From Lachnospirales bacterium (GTDB lineage: Bacteria > Bacillota > Clostridia > Lachnospirales > CAMZNU01): DNA of 64,000 bases. The stretch is from NCBI GenBank assembly GCA_047973385.1, contig JBKEBX010000012.1, positions 140,269 through 204,268 on the forward strand. The letters run 5' to 3'. Numbering within the stretch: the stretch's first letter is position 1; each line of letters begins with the position of its first letter. Of the stretch, positions 54,001 to 64,000 are shown one piece after another. The notes beneath the pieces are model-generated. The model had not been told where the DNA came from and ran no database searches. It saw only the letters and a program-made list of their open reading frames with translations. Position numbers and translations under genes: made by a program.

Positions 54001-54861
54001 TTGAATTTATTTAAGAAAAAATCGTATGCTACTTTAACCATAGCAAATGATGATTTTAGAAAAAAAGAGCTAGTTCCCAATATACCTGATGGTAAATGGG
54101 TTAAGTGCAAACATTGTAGTAATATTTTGCATAAAGATTTAATTTCCGAAATGCAAATATGCGTAAAATGTAATGGATATTTTAGATTATCAGCAAGAGA
54201 ACGTTTATCTATTGTTATAGATGAAGGTTCTTTTGATGAATTTGATGTATATATGAGTTCCAACAATCCCTTAGACTTTCCTAACTATAAAGAAAAGACT
54301 AAGTATTTACATAAAAAACTTGGTATAAGAGATGCAGTACTTACAGGAAAGTGTAAAATTGATGGAAACGAAACTTGCATAGGGGTTATGGATAGCAACT
54401 TTATTATGGGCTCTATGGGTAGCGTCGTTGGTGAAAAACTTACAAGGCTATTTGAAAAAGCTAAAGATGAGAAATTGCCGGTTGTTTTATTTTCTTGTTC
54501 AGGTGGAGCTAGAATGCAAGAGGGAATAATATCCCTTATGCAAATGGCTAAGGTTTCTGCTGCTGTTAAAAGGCATAGTGATGCAGGGCTTTTGTATATA
54601 TCTTTTTTTACAGACCCCACAACAGGTGGCGTTACAGCAAGTTTTGCATCATTAGGTGATATTATTTTAGCTGAACCAAATTCTTTAATTGGATTTGCGG
54701 GTAGACGTGTAATTGAGCAAACTACAAAGGAAAAGTTGCCAGATAATTTCCAAAAAGCAGAACATTTAACTGAATGCGGTTTTATTGATAAAATTGTTGA
54801 AAGAGAAAATATCAAAAGTACCTTAAGTGATATTTTAGTATTACATCAAAGTAAGGTATAA
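54001..54861 (+). CDS. accD: Acetyl-CoA carboxylase carboxyltransferase beta subunit
   Basis: Zn-ribbon CKHC...CVKC, then GGARMQEG. TTG start. Confidence 0.9.
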   Translation: MNLFKKKSYATLTIANDDFRKKELVPNIPDGKWVKCKHCSNILHKDLISEMQICVKCNGYFRLSARERLSIVIDEGSFDEFDVYMSSNNPLDFPNYKEKTKYLHKKLGIRDAVLTGKCKIDGNETCIGVMDSNFIMGSMGSVVGEKLTRLFEKAKDEKLPVVLFSCSGGARMQEGIISLMQMAKVSAAVKRHSDAGLLYISFFTDPTTGGVTASFASLGDIILAEPNSLIGFAGRRVIEQTTKEKLPDNFQKAEHLTECGFIDKIVERENIKSTLSDILVLHQSKV

Positions 54862-54876
54862 AATAAAGGAGTCTAT

Positions 54877-55650
54877 ATGGAAAATATTATGGAAGTGGTA
54901 AGTAAGGCTAGAAGTCTTGAAAAACCTACGTCCCTTGAGATAATAAACAATATAACAGATATCTTTTATGAGTTTTCAGGTGATAGACAAAGTAAAGATG
55001 ATAAAGCTTTAGTTGGTGGTGTAGGTATGCTTATAGATATGCCAGTAACTGTTATAGGTATCCAAAAGGGTAAAGACTTAGATGATAACATATATAGAAA
55101 TTTTGGGCAAGTTTCTCCTGAGGGTTATAGAAAATCTCTAAGACTTATGAAACAAGCCGAGAAGTTTAACCGTCCAATATTGTGTCTAGTAAATACTTCA
55201 GGTGCATATTGTGGAGTTAATGCTGAGGAAAAAGGACAAGGTGAGGCAATTGCTAAAAATCTATATGAAATGAGCAACTTAAAAGTGCCTATTTTGTCTA
55301 TAATCTTAGGAGAAGGTGGAAGTGGTGGAGCTTTAGCACTTGCCGTTGCTGATGAGGTTTGGATTTTTCAAAACGCTATGTACTCTGTTTTAAGCCCAGA
55401 GGGATTTGCTAGTATTTTATGGAAAGATAGTAAACGTACGGAAGAAGCAGGTAAGCTTATGAAACTTACTCCAAATGATTTGCTTAAAAGCGAAATTGTA
55501 GATAAAATAATTGATGAAGACAATTTTTCATATGAAAGTTTGAAAAATGAGATATATGAAAAGTTTAAGGAATTACAGAGCAAAAATATATCTGATGTGC
55601 AAGATGCAAGATACGAAAGATACAGAAAATATGGAGATTTTTCGGAGTGA
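54877..55650 (+). CDS. accA: Acetyl-CoA carboxylase carboxyltransferase alpha subunit
   Basis: Contains PEGYRKSLRLMKQAEKF and GEGGSGGALA. Confidence 0.9.
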   Translation: MENIMEVVSKARSLEKPTSLEIINNITDIFYEFSGDRQSKDDKALVGGVGMLIDMPVTVIGIQKGKDLDDNIYRNFGQVSPEGYRKSLRLMKQAEKFNRPILCLVNTSGAYCGVNAEEKGQGEAIAKNLYEMSNLKVPILSIILGEGGSGGALALAVADEVWIFQNAMYSVLSPEGFASILWKDSKRTEEAGKLMKLTPNDLLKSEIVDKIIDEDNFSYESLKNEIYEKFKELQSKNISDVQDARYERYRKYGDFSE

Positions 55651-55732
55651 TTTTTAAATGCTAGAGAATTGAGATAATGGCACAATGCAAAGTAGCTGTT
55701 GTTTAATAATGAAATCATTTTGCTATAACTAA

Positions 55733-55771
55733 AAAAAACAGTAAGGAATTTTTAAAATTCTTTACTGTTTT
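55733..55771. terminator. Bidirectional terminator between accA and glgD
   Basis: AAAAAACAGTAAGGAATTT-ttaa-AATTCTTTACTGTTTTT. Confidence 0.75.
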
Positions 55772-55776
55772 TAAAT

Positions 55777-56892
55777 TTATACTTTTCTATTTTTATCTAA
55801 AATTTTAATATCGTCTTCTGAACCAATATATTTTGTAAAGTTTGATATTTTAACATTTTTATCAATAATAACATATTCCAAATGGCAATCTTCCCCTACA
55901 ACGCTACCTTCCATAATAATACAGTTTTTAACAATAGCATTCTCTCCAATTTTAACAGACCTAAAGAGAGTAGACCCCTCTACATGACCATCTATTATAC
56001 AGCCATTACCAATCAGAGAATTTTTAACTGTTGCCTTATAGTTATATTTTGCAGGTGGAACATCTTTGTTTTTTGTCATTATGTATGGGAAAGTGTTAAA
56101 CATACTATCTCTAAAATCATTATTTAAAAACAATTTACTAATTTCAAAGTAAGAGTTTACACTGTTTAAAGCCATCCAATAATCATTAAATTTATATGCA
56201 GAAAGTTTCATGTGTCTTCTATATCTAAGAACGATATCGTTAACAAAGTCAAAACGTCCTTCGGAAACAACAGTTTTAACAAGGTCAATAAGAAGTTCAC
56301 GTTCCATAACGTATACACCAATGGACAAAGTGTTTGAAATTTTTTCCAATGGTTTTTCTTCAAATTCAAGTATATTATTATTTTCATCAACGATAACATT
56401 ACCGTATTTTGTAGCATCAACTTCATCTTCTTGGAACTCTTTTACAGCCACTGTAATGTCTGCATTATTATTTATATGCGAATTAATAATATCGTTATAA
56501 TCCATTTTATAAATTCCATCGCCATTTACGATTACAACATATTTGTTATGGCTACGTTCAAGGAAGTTTAAATTTTGATAAATCGAGTCAGCAGTACCTC
56601 TATACCAAGGCTGGTTATGGTCGGTTGCGTATGGTGTAAAAACAAATATACCACTATTTTTACGTCCAATATTCCACCATTTAGAGCTGTTTATATGGTC
56701 GTTTAAAGACCTTGAGTTATACTGTGTTACAACAGCTATTTTATTTATACCAGAGTTTGACATATTTGACAATGCAAAATCGATAGCTCTATAAGAACAA
56801 GCAACAGGCATAGCAGAGTTTGTTCTTGTTTTTATAAGTGAACCAAGTTTGTTATTTGAGCCACCAGCTAATATAATTCCACAGGCATGCAT
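55777..56892 (-). CDS. glgD: Glucose-1-phosphate adenylyltransferase, GlgD subunit
   Basis: GlgC paralog with a degenerate N-terminal motif (GIILAGGSNNKLGSL). It follows glgC with an overlapping stop/start. Confidence 0.88.
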   Translation of the reverse strand: MHACGIILAGGSNNKLGSLIKTRTNSAMPVACSYRAIDFALSNMSNSGINKIAVVTQYNSRSLNDHINSSKWWNIGRKNSGIFVFTPYATDHNQPWYRGTADSIYQNLNFLERSHNKYVVIVNGDGIYKMDYNDIINSHINNNADITVAVKEFQEDEVDATKYGNVIVDENNNILEFEEKPLEKISNTLSIGVYVMERELLIDLVKTVVSEGRFDFVNDIVLRYRRHMKLSAYKFNDYWMALNSVNSYFEISKLFLNNDFRDSMFNTFPYIMTKNKDVPPAKYNYKATVKNSLIGNGCIIDGHVEGSTLFRSVKIGENAIVKNCIIMEGSVVGEDCHLEYVIIDKNVKISNFTKYIGSEDDIKILDKNRKV

Positions 56893-58184
56893 TACTTACC
56901 ACCTCTCTTTGCGTTTGTATTTACGATAAGTGTTTTACCACTTTCAAGGAAGTTGTTTTCAAAGTCTTCATGGTCAATATCCCCCATAAGTACACAGTTT
57001 TTACCTATTATAACTTCTGATGGTACATTTGACTTTTCGCCAATAACAGTAATTCCAGTATTGTAAATACTAGGTTTTTCTTCGTTTGGAATATTATCTC
57101 CAATACCTATTTTTACACCGTCACATATAATGGATTTTTCGTCAATTATAGTACGTTCTATAACACAATTTTCTCCGATGATTGTATCGCCTAGTATAAT
57201 ACTATCTTTGATAATTGAGTTTTTGCCTATTGTAACCTTTGAACCGATTATACTATTGTATAGTTCTCCAAAAATTTCACAACCATCAGATACAAGAGAA
57301 GCATGAACTGTTGCATCTTCTGAAATATAGTGTGGACTTTGACTAAGCATTTCAGTATAGATTTGTAAATTTTCTTCAAACAAGTTAAGGTCAGGTACAA
57401 TTTTAATTAAATCCATATTTGCTTGCCAGTAACTTTCAATCGTACCAACATCACGCCAATATGTATCAAAAGTATATGTGAACAACTTTTTCTCATCAGC
57501 AAGCATTTTTGGTATAATATGCTTACCAAAGTCAGAATCAGCATTTTCTTCATTATCAGAAATTAAGTATTTTCTAAGGGTTTTCCATGTAAAAATATAA
57601 ATCCCCATAGAAGCTAAGTTGCTTTTAGGATTTTCAGGTTTTTCCTCAAACTCATAAACTTCACCAGTTTCAGTAGTATTCATTATACCAAAACGTGATG
57701 CTTCTTCAATGGGTACTTCTAAAACGGCTATTGTAGCATCAGCACTACTTTTTTTATGTTTTCTTAGCATTTCAGAATAATCCATTTTATAAATATGATC
57801 ACCAGATAAAACTAAAATATATTTTGGGTTATAGCTATCAATGTAGTTTATATTTTGATATATAGCGTTTGCAGTACCTGTGTACCAAGACGAGTCAGTT
57901 TCACCTTTCACATATGGTGCAAGTACGGTTACGCCTCCATTTGGTTTATCTAAATCCCATGGTATACCTATACCGATGTGTTTATTAAGTGTAAGTGGTT
58001 CGTATTGCGTTAAAACACCGACAGTATCAACTCCAGAGTTAACACAGTTACTAAGTGGGAAATCAATAATTCTGTACATACCACCAAAAGCTACACCTGG
58101 TTTTGCTTTGTTTTTAGTAAGGATGCCAAGTCTACTTCCTTGTCCACCAGCAAGTAACATAGCTATCATTTCTTTTCTGCGCAT
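56892..58184 (-). CDS. glgC: Glucose-1-phosphate adenylyltransferase
   Basis: Contains [12 protein letters not shown] and [11 protein letters not shown], plus a left-handed beta-helix C-terminus. Confidence 0.92.
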   Translation of the reverse strand: MRRKEMIAMLLAGGQGSRLGILTKNKAKPGVAFGGMYRIIDFPLSNCVNSGVDTVGVLTQYEPLTLNKHIGIGIPWDLDKPNGGVTVLAPYVKGETDSSWYTGTANAIYQNINYIDSYNPKYILVLSGDHIYKMDYSEMLRKHKKSSADATIAVLEVPIEEASRFGIMNTTETGEVYEFEEKPENPKSNLASMGIYIFTWKTLRKYLISDNEENADSDFGKHIIPKMLADEKKLFTYTFDTYWRDVGTIESYWQANMDLIKIVPDLNLFEENLQIYTEMLSQSPHYISEDATVHASLVSDGCEIFGELYNSIIGSKVTIGKNSIIKDSIILGDTIIGENCVIERTIIDEKSIICDGVKIGIGDNIPNEEKPSIYNTGITVIGEKSNVPSEVIIGKNCVLMGDIDHEDFENNFLESGKTLIVNTNAKRGGK

Positions 58185-58560
58185 TTTGCACCTCCCTAAC
58201 TTTATATCATATTATAATTATAGCATAAATATTACATAAAAGATATACAATATTCCTAAAAAAATCTACAATTATTAATTTAAGAGTTGTAAGATTAATT
58301 AATAAAATGTCATAATTAGTAATTTTATTAAGATTTGTGTATAAAATTATTAAAAATATACTAAAATTTTGGTTTATATGATATGGTTTGAAGTGTTTTT
58401 ACTAAAAAAATTCAAATTATATACAAAAATTAAATTTAAAATCTACATATTTTTAAGGTTGAAACGTTACTTCTTCTTTACTTCTTATAGTAACTATTGA
58501 AAATTTATTGTTTTCATAGTATAATTATATATTGAATATTATAATTAAAAAGGGTGAATT

Positions 58561-59919
58561 ATGAGAATGCGAAATATAAAAAAAATATACTTCTATGGTA
58601 TTGGTGGCGTTAGTATGGCTGGATTTGCTGAATTACTTAAAAGTAAGGGTATAGATGTATCCGGATATGACTCGAAGGAAAGTAGTATAACGAAAAAATT
58701 AGTAAGTTTAGGAATTGAAGTTGTTTACAAAGTTTCTGATATTAATCTTGATAAAGTTGAGCTTGTGGTTTATTCTTCGGCAATTGGCGAAAACTCTCTA
58801 GAAATGCAAAAATTAAAGGAAACAGATATAAAAAGCATTTCAAGAGGTGAGTTTATTGGTGAGATTTTAAAGGATTATGAAAAGCCTATTTGCATTAGTG
58901 GAACTCATGGAAAAACAACAACAACGGCACTTGTATCGACTATATTTTTAGAGGCAGATAAAAACCCTACAATTTCTGTTGGAGGGCATTTACCTATAAT
59001 AAATGGTGTTTTTAAAATTGGAGGACATGAATATTTTATTTTAGAAGCTTGTGAGTATAAAAATAATTTTTTAAACTTTAAAGGCACAACATCACTTATT
59101 ATGAATGTTGAAATGGATCATAGTGATTTTTTTAAAGATGTTAAAGAAATCAGAAAATCTTTCAATGATTTTGCGAAGTTATCAAAGGAAAAAGTTATAA
59201 TTAACAAAGAGATTGATGGAATTGATGAGATTTTAGATGGGGTTACAAATGAGATTATAACTTATTCTTTAAAGGATATAGATGCAACATATTACATTGG
59301 CGATGTTGAAAATAAAGATAATTTAGTTCTTTTTAAGCTGTTTAAAAGAGGTGAGTTTTTAGGAGATTTTGAAAGTACATTACTTGGAAATCACAACTTG
59401 TATAATATTTTGTCTGCATTATCTGTTTCACTAGAAAATGGTGTGTCAGTTGAAAAATGCAAAAGTGGTCTTATGAAGTTTTCGGGGATAAATCGTAGAT
59501 TTCAATATAAGGGAGAGAAAAATGGGGTAGTTGTGTATGACGACTATGCTCATCACCCTACGGCTTGTGTAGAAATTTTAAAATCTATAAAAAAATTAAC
59601 TAATTCAAAAGTTTATGCAGTTTTTCAGCCTCACACATTTTCAAGAACTATAAGCTTGTTTGACGATTTTTCTAAAGCTTTTTATGATGCAAGTGAGATA
59701 ATTTTAGTAGATATTTTCCCAGCTCGTGAAACTGATGAAGGAATTATAAATTCTGAAAAACTTGTTGAAGAAATTAATAAAAATAGTTATAATAGTAAGT
59801 ATGAAGAATCTTTTGAAAGTTGTCTTAGTTATTTGGAGAAAAAAGTTGAAAGAGGAGATATTATTTTAACAATTGGTGCAGGTGATGTTTATAAGATTGG
59901 AGAATCGTTTTTAAGCTAG
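58561..59919 (+). CDS. murC: UDP-N-acetylmuramate--L-alanine ligase
   Basis: Contains YFYGIGGVSMAG, GTHGKTTTT and DDYAHHP. Confidence 0.92.
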   Translation: MRMRNIKKIYFYGIGGVSMAGFAELLKSKGIDVSGYDSKESSITKKLVSLGIEVVYKVSDINLDKVELVVYSSAIGENSLEMQKLKETDIKSISRGEFIGEILKDYEKPICISGTHGKTTTTALVSTIFLEADKNPTISVGGHLPIINGVFKIGGHEYFILEACEYKNNFLNFKGTTSLIMNVEMDHSDFFKDVKEIRKSFNDFAKLSKEKVIINKEIDGIDEILDGVTNEIITYSLKDIDATYYIGDVENKDNLVLFKLFKRGEFLGDFESTLLGNHNLYNILSALSVSLENGVSVEKCKSGLMKFSGINRRFQYKGEKNGVVVYDDYAHHPTACVEILKSIKKLTNSKVYAVFQPHTFSRTISLFDDFSKAFYDASEIILVDIFPARETDEGIINSEKLVEEINKNSYNSKYEESFESCLSYLEKKVERGDIILTIGAGDVYKIGESFLS

Positions 59920-59968
59920 TTGTAAAAGTATAGAAACACAGAGGGATAAAGGAAAGAAAGGTACACAA

Positions 59969-60958
59969 ATGACGAAAATATATCTGTCGAACAATTTGAA
60001 GTCGGCAAAACTAAATGAGTTTTTAATAGGGAATGTGTTTAATTATCCAGCTACTTATGTTGCGATTTTTTTACACTTAAATGCTTTAGTGAAAAAAGAG
60101 GAGTTTGTTGAATTAGAAAGTGTTGCTAAGAAGTTTAACGTAGTTTGTACTGATGTTTTTTTAATGTTGGAACGCTTTAATGAGGCTGGTTTACTCTTTT
60201 TTGCGAAAAAGGATAGTGATATACATATATCTTTTTCAGAACCAGTTTCTTTTGATGTTGCAAAGCCTATACAACAGCCATATGCCGAAAGTATACAAGT
60301 AAGTTCATATTACTCACCTGAGGATATAAAGGAGCTAATTAAAAGTGATAGAGGACTTGAAAAGTTTTATCAAGATGCTAAAAGTTATTTTGATTATGAA
60401 TTTTCTCATAGTGATTATGAAAAATTATTAACTTTACATGATGTTTATAAATTACCTCTTAAAACTATTTTGTTTTCAATTAATCATTGTAAATGTGAAA
60501 ATAGACTTTCTATGGGCGAACTTGAAAGAACATGTAAGTTTTTAAATAGCAATGATGCATATACAGAAGAAGAAGCAAAACAGTTTTTGAGAGTTTCTGG
60601 GGATAAATATACATCAATTTTAAATGCCCTTGGGATTAAAGGTAAGCTTAAACCTGTTCAAGAAAATACTATAAATTCATGGTATGAAGATTTTGCATAC
60701 TCAATGGATATAATTTTAGAAGCTTGTGATAAGGCTGTTATAAACACAAATAATCCTAACATAAATTATGTGGGAGGTATACTTAAAAATTGGTATAATG
60801 CAGGAGTTACCTCTGTTTCGGATATTGCCGAACATGAAAAAAACTTTGCAAAGGGAAATCAAAAAACAAATGCAAAAACAAAAAATTCCTTTTCGAACTT
60901 TACAGAAAAACAAAACGATTATGATGCAATAGAAAATTTGGAACGAAAGTTTGGATAA
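59969..60958 (+). CDS. dnaB: Replication initiation/membrane attachment protein (Firmicute DnaB, DnaD-domain protein)
   Basis: C-terminal DnaD-domain motif NYVGGILKNWYNAGVTSVSDI. It sits directly upstream of dnaI. Confidence 0.7.
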   Translation: MTKIYLSNNLKSAKLNEFLIGNVFNYPATYVAIFLHLNALVKKEEFVELESVAKKFNVVCTDVFLMLERFNEAGLLFFAKKDSDIHISFSEPVSFDVAKPIQQPYAESIQVSSYYSPEDIKELIKSDRGLEKFYQDAKSYFDYEFSHSDYEKLLTLHDVYKLPLKTILFSINHCKCENRLSMGELERTCKFLNSNDAYTEEEAKQFLRVSGDKYTSILNALGIKGKLKPVQENTINSWYEDFAYSMDIILEACDKAVINTNNPNINYVGGILKNWYNAGVTSVSDIAEHEKNFAKGNQKTNAKTKNSFSNFTEKQNDYDAIENLERKFG

Positions 60959-61006
60959 TTATAAACACTATTTGCAAAAGATAAAAACTTTATATAGGTA
61001 GGTTTT

Positions 61007-62041
61007 ATGCTAAAAAAAATACATAGAGAAGTTCAAGAACAACTAAGAGAGATAAGATTTTATAATAGTGAAGTTTTAAGAAATAGAAAAATTAAAATAT
61101 ATGAGGAGCTAAAGGAATATAAGGATTTAAGCATTAGCTCTAAAGAAGAAATAATTAAATATTCTCGTGATATTCTTTCTAAAAATTCTCTTTTGCAAAA
61201 AATGTCGAAAGAGGAAAGAGAAAAGCAAATTGCTATACGCGAGAAACAGGTTAAACAAGATTATGCCTTTGCTCTTTCACGAGAAAAGGAAATTTTAGTT
61301 AAAAATGGTTATGACGAAGATTTTTTGGCTTTAAAGTATAATTGTGATGTATGTAAGGATAGTGGAATAAAAGAAAGTGGAAAAACTTGCGATTGTTATA
61401 ACTTTATGGTTTCTAAAAAGTTAGTTGAGTTATCTAATTTAGATAAAAAAATTTACATGGAGAATTTTGATAATTTTGATATGAGTTTGTACTCAAAGGA
61501 AAAAAATCCCAATAGTGGGTATGTTCCCTATGACGAAATGACAAATTATGTTTTAGATATAAAAAGTAGGTTAAATGAAAATGTATTGCCTATGAATTTA
61601 TATATTTATGGTGACACTGGAACAGGAAAAACTTATCTTTTAAACTGTATTTTAAACGAGTTTCTAAAGAAAAGTAAATCTTTTATATATCAAACAGCAC
61701 CAGATTTTTCTAACATTTTAAATGATTATATTTTTAAAAATGATAACCCACTTGCAACAAACAGTTATTATAATTTTTTGAAAAATTGTGATTTGTTATT
61801 TATTGATGATTTAGGAACGGAAGTTTTTACAACACCTATTTTATCGGAAATTTATAATATTATTGATTATAGAATTAGGACAAATAAGTCAACGATTATA
61901 ACAAGTAACTTGAACCTTAAAAATGTTGATGAAAGATACACTCCACGAGTTGCAACAAGACTTGTTGGACATTACAAATTGATTAATACAATTAATGATA
62001 AAAATATTAGATTTAAGAAAAAGTATGATTTGAGTAGTTAA
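61007..62041 (+). CDS. dnaI: Primosomal helicase loader DnaI (DnaC/IstB-like AAA+)
   Basis: Zn-binding CDVCKDSG...CDC, Walker A GDTGTGKTYL and Walker B LLFIDDLG. Confidence 0.85.
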   Translation: MLKKIHREVQEQLREIRFYNSEVLRNRKIKIYEELKEYKDLSISSKEEIIKYSRDILSKNSLLQKMSKEEREKQIAIREKQVKQDYAFALSREKEILVKNGYDEDFLALKYNCDVCKDSGIKESGKTCDCYNFMVSKKLVELSNLDKKIYMENFDNFDMSLYSKEKNPNSGYVPYDEMTNYVLDIKSRLNENVLPMNLYIYGDTGTGKTYLLNCILNEFLKKSKSFIYQTAPDFSNILNDYIFKNDNPLATNSYYNFLKNCDLLFIDDLGTEVFTTPILSEIYNIIDYRIRTNKSTIITSNLNLKNVDERYTPRVATRLVGHYKLINTINDKNIRFKKKYDLSS

Positions 62042-62104
62042 ACTTAAACTTTAATTTTATTTTATCGTATATAGTTATATAATATTATTAAAGGGGTGTT
62101 TGCA

Positions 62105-62773
62105 ATGTTTTCGAATAGAATTAAACGTACATTTAAATATACAGTCATATTAAGTTGTTTAATCACTTTTTTGTTATTCATAGTTTTATTGATTTTAAAA
62201 GGATTTTTATATTCTACTACAATAACCATTGTTACTTGTATTCCAATTTTCGTTTGGATTTTTGTTTTAGTGTATTTTATGCTAGGTAACAAAGATAGAA
62301 CAGGTAATAAGAAAAATTTACAGCCAAAGCCTGAAATGACAGAGTTTGACTTTAAAATACGAAGTACAAAAGAAAATCTTGTTAAAATCAAAGCTAAATC
62401 TAAAAAAATCAATAATCCAGAGCTAAGTTCTAAAGTGGACAAGTTCATTGTTTCTACTGCTAAAGTTATTGAACTTGCTGAAGAAGATGATTTAGACGGA
62501 CTTAATAATTTGTTTGAATATTGTGTTCCTACTGTTTATGAACTTGTTTCAGAATATTATAAATTTGTTGATTTGAACATTGAAAGTGACGAAGTAACTT
62601 ACTTTAAAGAAAAAGTTGTAACTTCAATTGATGAGATAACGGATATAATTGAAAATCTTAAAGATGCTTGTATAAAAAGAAGAAATAAGGATAGTTATGT
62701 TGATATAAAAACTGTTAAAACCGTTATGGAATATGATACTTTAGATATGGATATTGACGGCGATAAAAAATAA
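62105..62773 (+). CDS. xpaC: XpaC-like membrane protein (5-bromo-4-chloroindolyl phosphate hydrolysis protein family)
   Basis: Two N-terminal TM helices plus a helical C-terminal domain. It is adjacent to a TelA-family gene, as in Bacillus xpaC-yaaN. Start at ATG 62105 after AAGGGG. Confidence 0.5.
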   Translation: MFSNRIKRTFKYTVILSCLITFLLFIVLLILKGFLYSTTITIVTCIPIFVWIFVLVYFMLGNKDRTGNKKNLQPKPEMTEFDFKIRSTKENLVKIKAKSKKINNPELSSKVDKFIVSTAKVIELAEEDDLDGLNNLFEYCVPTVYELVSEYYKFVDLNIESDEVTYFKEKVVTSIDEITDIIENLKDACIKRRNKDSYVDIKTVKTVMEYDTLDMDIDGDKK

Positions 62774-62797
62774 TAAAAACAAAAGATGAGGTATAAT

Positions 62798-64000
62798 ATG
62801 AGTGAATTAAATTTGGAATTTGACGGTACAAAGGTAGAAACCGATAGTGGTTCAGAAAATATTTTAGAACTTGATAGTAACCCAAAATCAGGTAACGTTA
62901 AAACTTCTTTAGAATTTGGAAACGAAGATTTAGCAACAAATGTTTTAAAAAATGAAGCCGATAACTATGAAGTTGAAGATGATTTCAAAATAGAAAAGTT
63001 GCCACCTGAAGAACAAAAAATTGTTTCTGATTTCGTTGAGAAAATAAACTTAGATGATACTGCTTCTGTTGTTGTTTATGGTCAAAAATCTCAAAAAAAT
63101 ATAAGTAACATGTCTAGTAATATGCTAAAAGAGGTTAGAACTCGTAATTCTGGTATAGTTGGGGACAACATTACAAAACTTGTAAAAGAGTTAAAAGGTA
63201 TGGGTGAAGTTGAAGAAGAAAAAAGCTTTTTAGGGTTCTTAAAGCCAAAAGCTATAAAAAATAAAACAGATGTATATAAAATACAATATAAATCAATTGA
63301 TGCAAATATAAATACTGTTGTTACGGAAATGGACGGACATAAAGTTAAGCTTATTCGTGATATTCATAACCTTGATAATTTGTATGAAACAAATAAGGAA
63401 CAATATAAGGAACTTACTTTGTATATTATTGCAGGTGAAGAAAGACTTAGACGTTTTTATGATAATGAAGTTGCGACAAAAAGAAATCAAGCTACACAAA
63501 CAGGCGACCAAATCCACGCACAAGAGTTACAAGATTTGTTAAATCAAGCACAGAGATTTGAAAAAAGATTACATGACTTAAAGCTTACTAGAGTTGTATG
63601 TATCCAATTTGCTCCACAAATTAGATTAATTCAAAACAATGATTCTGAATTACTTGAAAAAATACAAAATACTATAAGTAATGCTATTCCTATTTGGCGT
63701 TCAAATATGGTCATATCAATGGGGCTTGAAAACAGTAGACGTGCTTTAGAAGCTCAAAAAGCAATTACTGACATGACAAACGATTTGTTAAAGCAAAACT
63801 CTGAAATGCTTAAAAACAGTACAATAGAAATTGCTAAAGAGGCTGAACGTGGCATAATCGACCTTGATACTATACAAACAATAAATAGCAACTTAATTGC
63901 AACCCTTGACGAAGTTGTAAATATTCAACGTGGTGGCATATCCCAAAGACAAAATACTGAACGTGAAATTGTTAAAATTGAATCTGATTTGAAAAATAAT
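62798..64000 (+). CDS. telA: TelA/KlaA-family toxic anion resistance protein (3' end beyond the window)
   Basis: Hand translation of frame 2 from ATG 62798 is open to the window edge. It reads MSELNLEFDG...KLPPEEQKIVSDFVEKINLDD...YGQKSQKNIS...RFEKRLHDLKLTR, a TelA-like pattern. It is missing from the ORF track because it has no stop in the window. Confidence 0.75.
   Translation, partial: MSELNLEFDGTKVETDSGSENILELDSNPKSGNVKTSLEFGNEDLATNVLKNEADNYEVEDDFKIEKLPPEEQKIVSDFVEKINLDDTASVVVYGQKSQKNISNMSSNMLKEVRTRNSGIVGDNITKLVKELKGMGEVEEEKSFLGFLKPKAIKNKTDVYKIQYKSIDANINTVVTEMDGHKVKLIRDIHNLDNLYETNKEQYKELTLYIIAGEERLRRFYDNEVATKRNQATQTGDQIHAQELQDLLNQAQRFEKRLHDLKLTRVVCIQFAPQIRLIQNNDSELLEKIQNTISNAIPIWRSNMVISMGLENSRRALEAQKAITDMTNDLLKQNSEMLKNSTIEIAKEAERGIIDLDTIQTINSNLIATLDEVVNIQRGGISQRQNTEREIVKIESDLKNN

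Noticed and set aside
62062-62448. 128-aa - strand ORF overlapping the xpaC-like gene
   Set aside because: The + strand ORF has an RBS and two clean TM helices, and it pairs with the TelA-family gene downstream. The - strand ORF is the antisense artefact.

Overview
AT-rich, low-GC Firmicutes chromosome segment. It looks Clostridia-like and spore-forming (sigG, a GerA-family protein, the DapF/DapL lysine route, FabK-type fab cluster). I support about 60 CDS. I saw no rRNA, tRNA, CRISPR array, transposase or integrase. Layout: (i) 1-13.6 kb is one tightly packed + strand operon. It joins a ribose-type sugar ABC importer, an MtnK-like kinase, an MtnA-like isomerase and a class II aldolase (the DHAP-shunt module for 5-methylthioribose/5-deoxyribose) to a full bacterial microcompartment (BMC) set: five BMC-H genes, one BMC-P, PduL, a CoA-acylating aldehyde dehydrogenase and an Fe-alcohol dehydrogenase. 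The operon also holds two odd accessory genes, a leaderless solute-binding-protein homolog and a class II aldolase paralog that has lost its metal ligands. This is the most interesting system in the window. (ii) 14-40 kb is housekeeping: hbd, lon-engB, ppiB, trmH, trkAH, lysA, a GNAT, tdh-kbl, an ABC-2 exporter, glnA, dapF-dapL, tig-clpP-clpX. (iii) 41-45 kb is a visibly more AT-rich insert. It encodes a 906-aa protein with two RpoA-CTD-like modules and a sigma-70 region-4 HTH, an XRE-HTH plus TPR-like (Rgg/RNPP-like) regulator, and a divergent unannotated 17-codon ORF that has its own promoter and terminator. sigG follows. (iv) 46.6-55.7 kb is a complete fab/acc cluster, followed by glgCD, murC, dnaB(DnaD-like)-dnaI and xpaC-telA. 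Several families of structured intergenic repeats are present. The positions of two of them suggest past or possible inversions, and one such inversion would restore the canonical tig-clpP-clpX-lon-engB order. All calls come from reading the sequence and the ORF translations by eye. No database search was run. Hand-derived coordinates for non-CDS features and small ORFs may be off by 1-2 nt.
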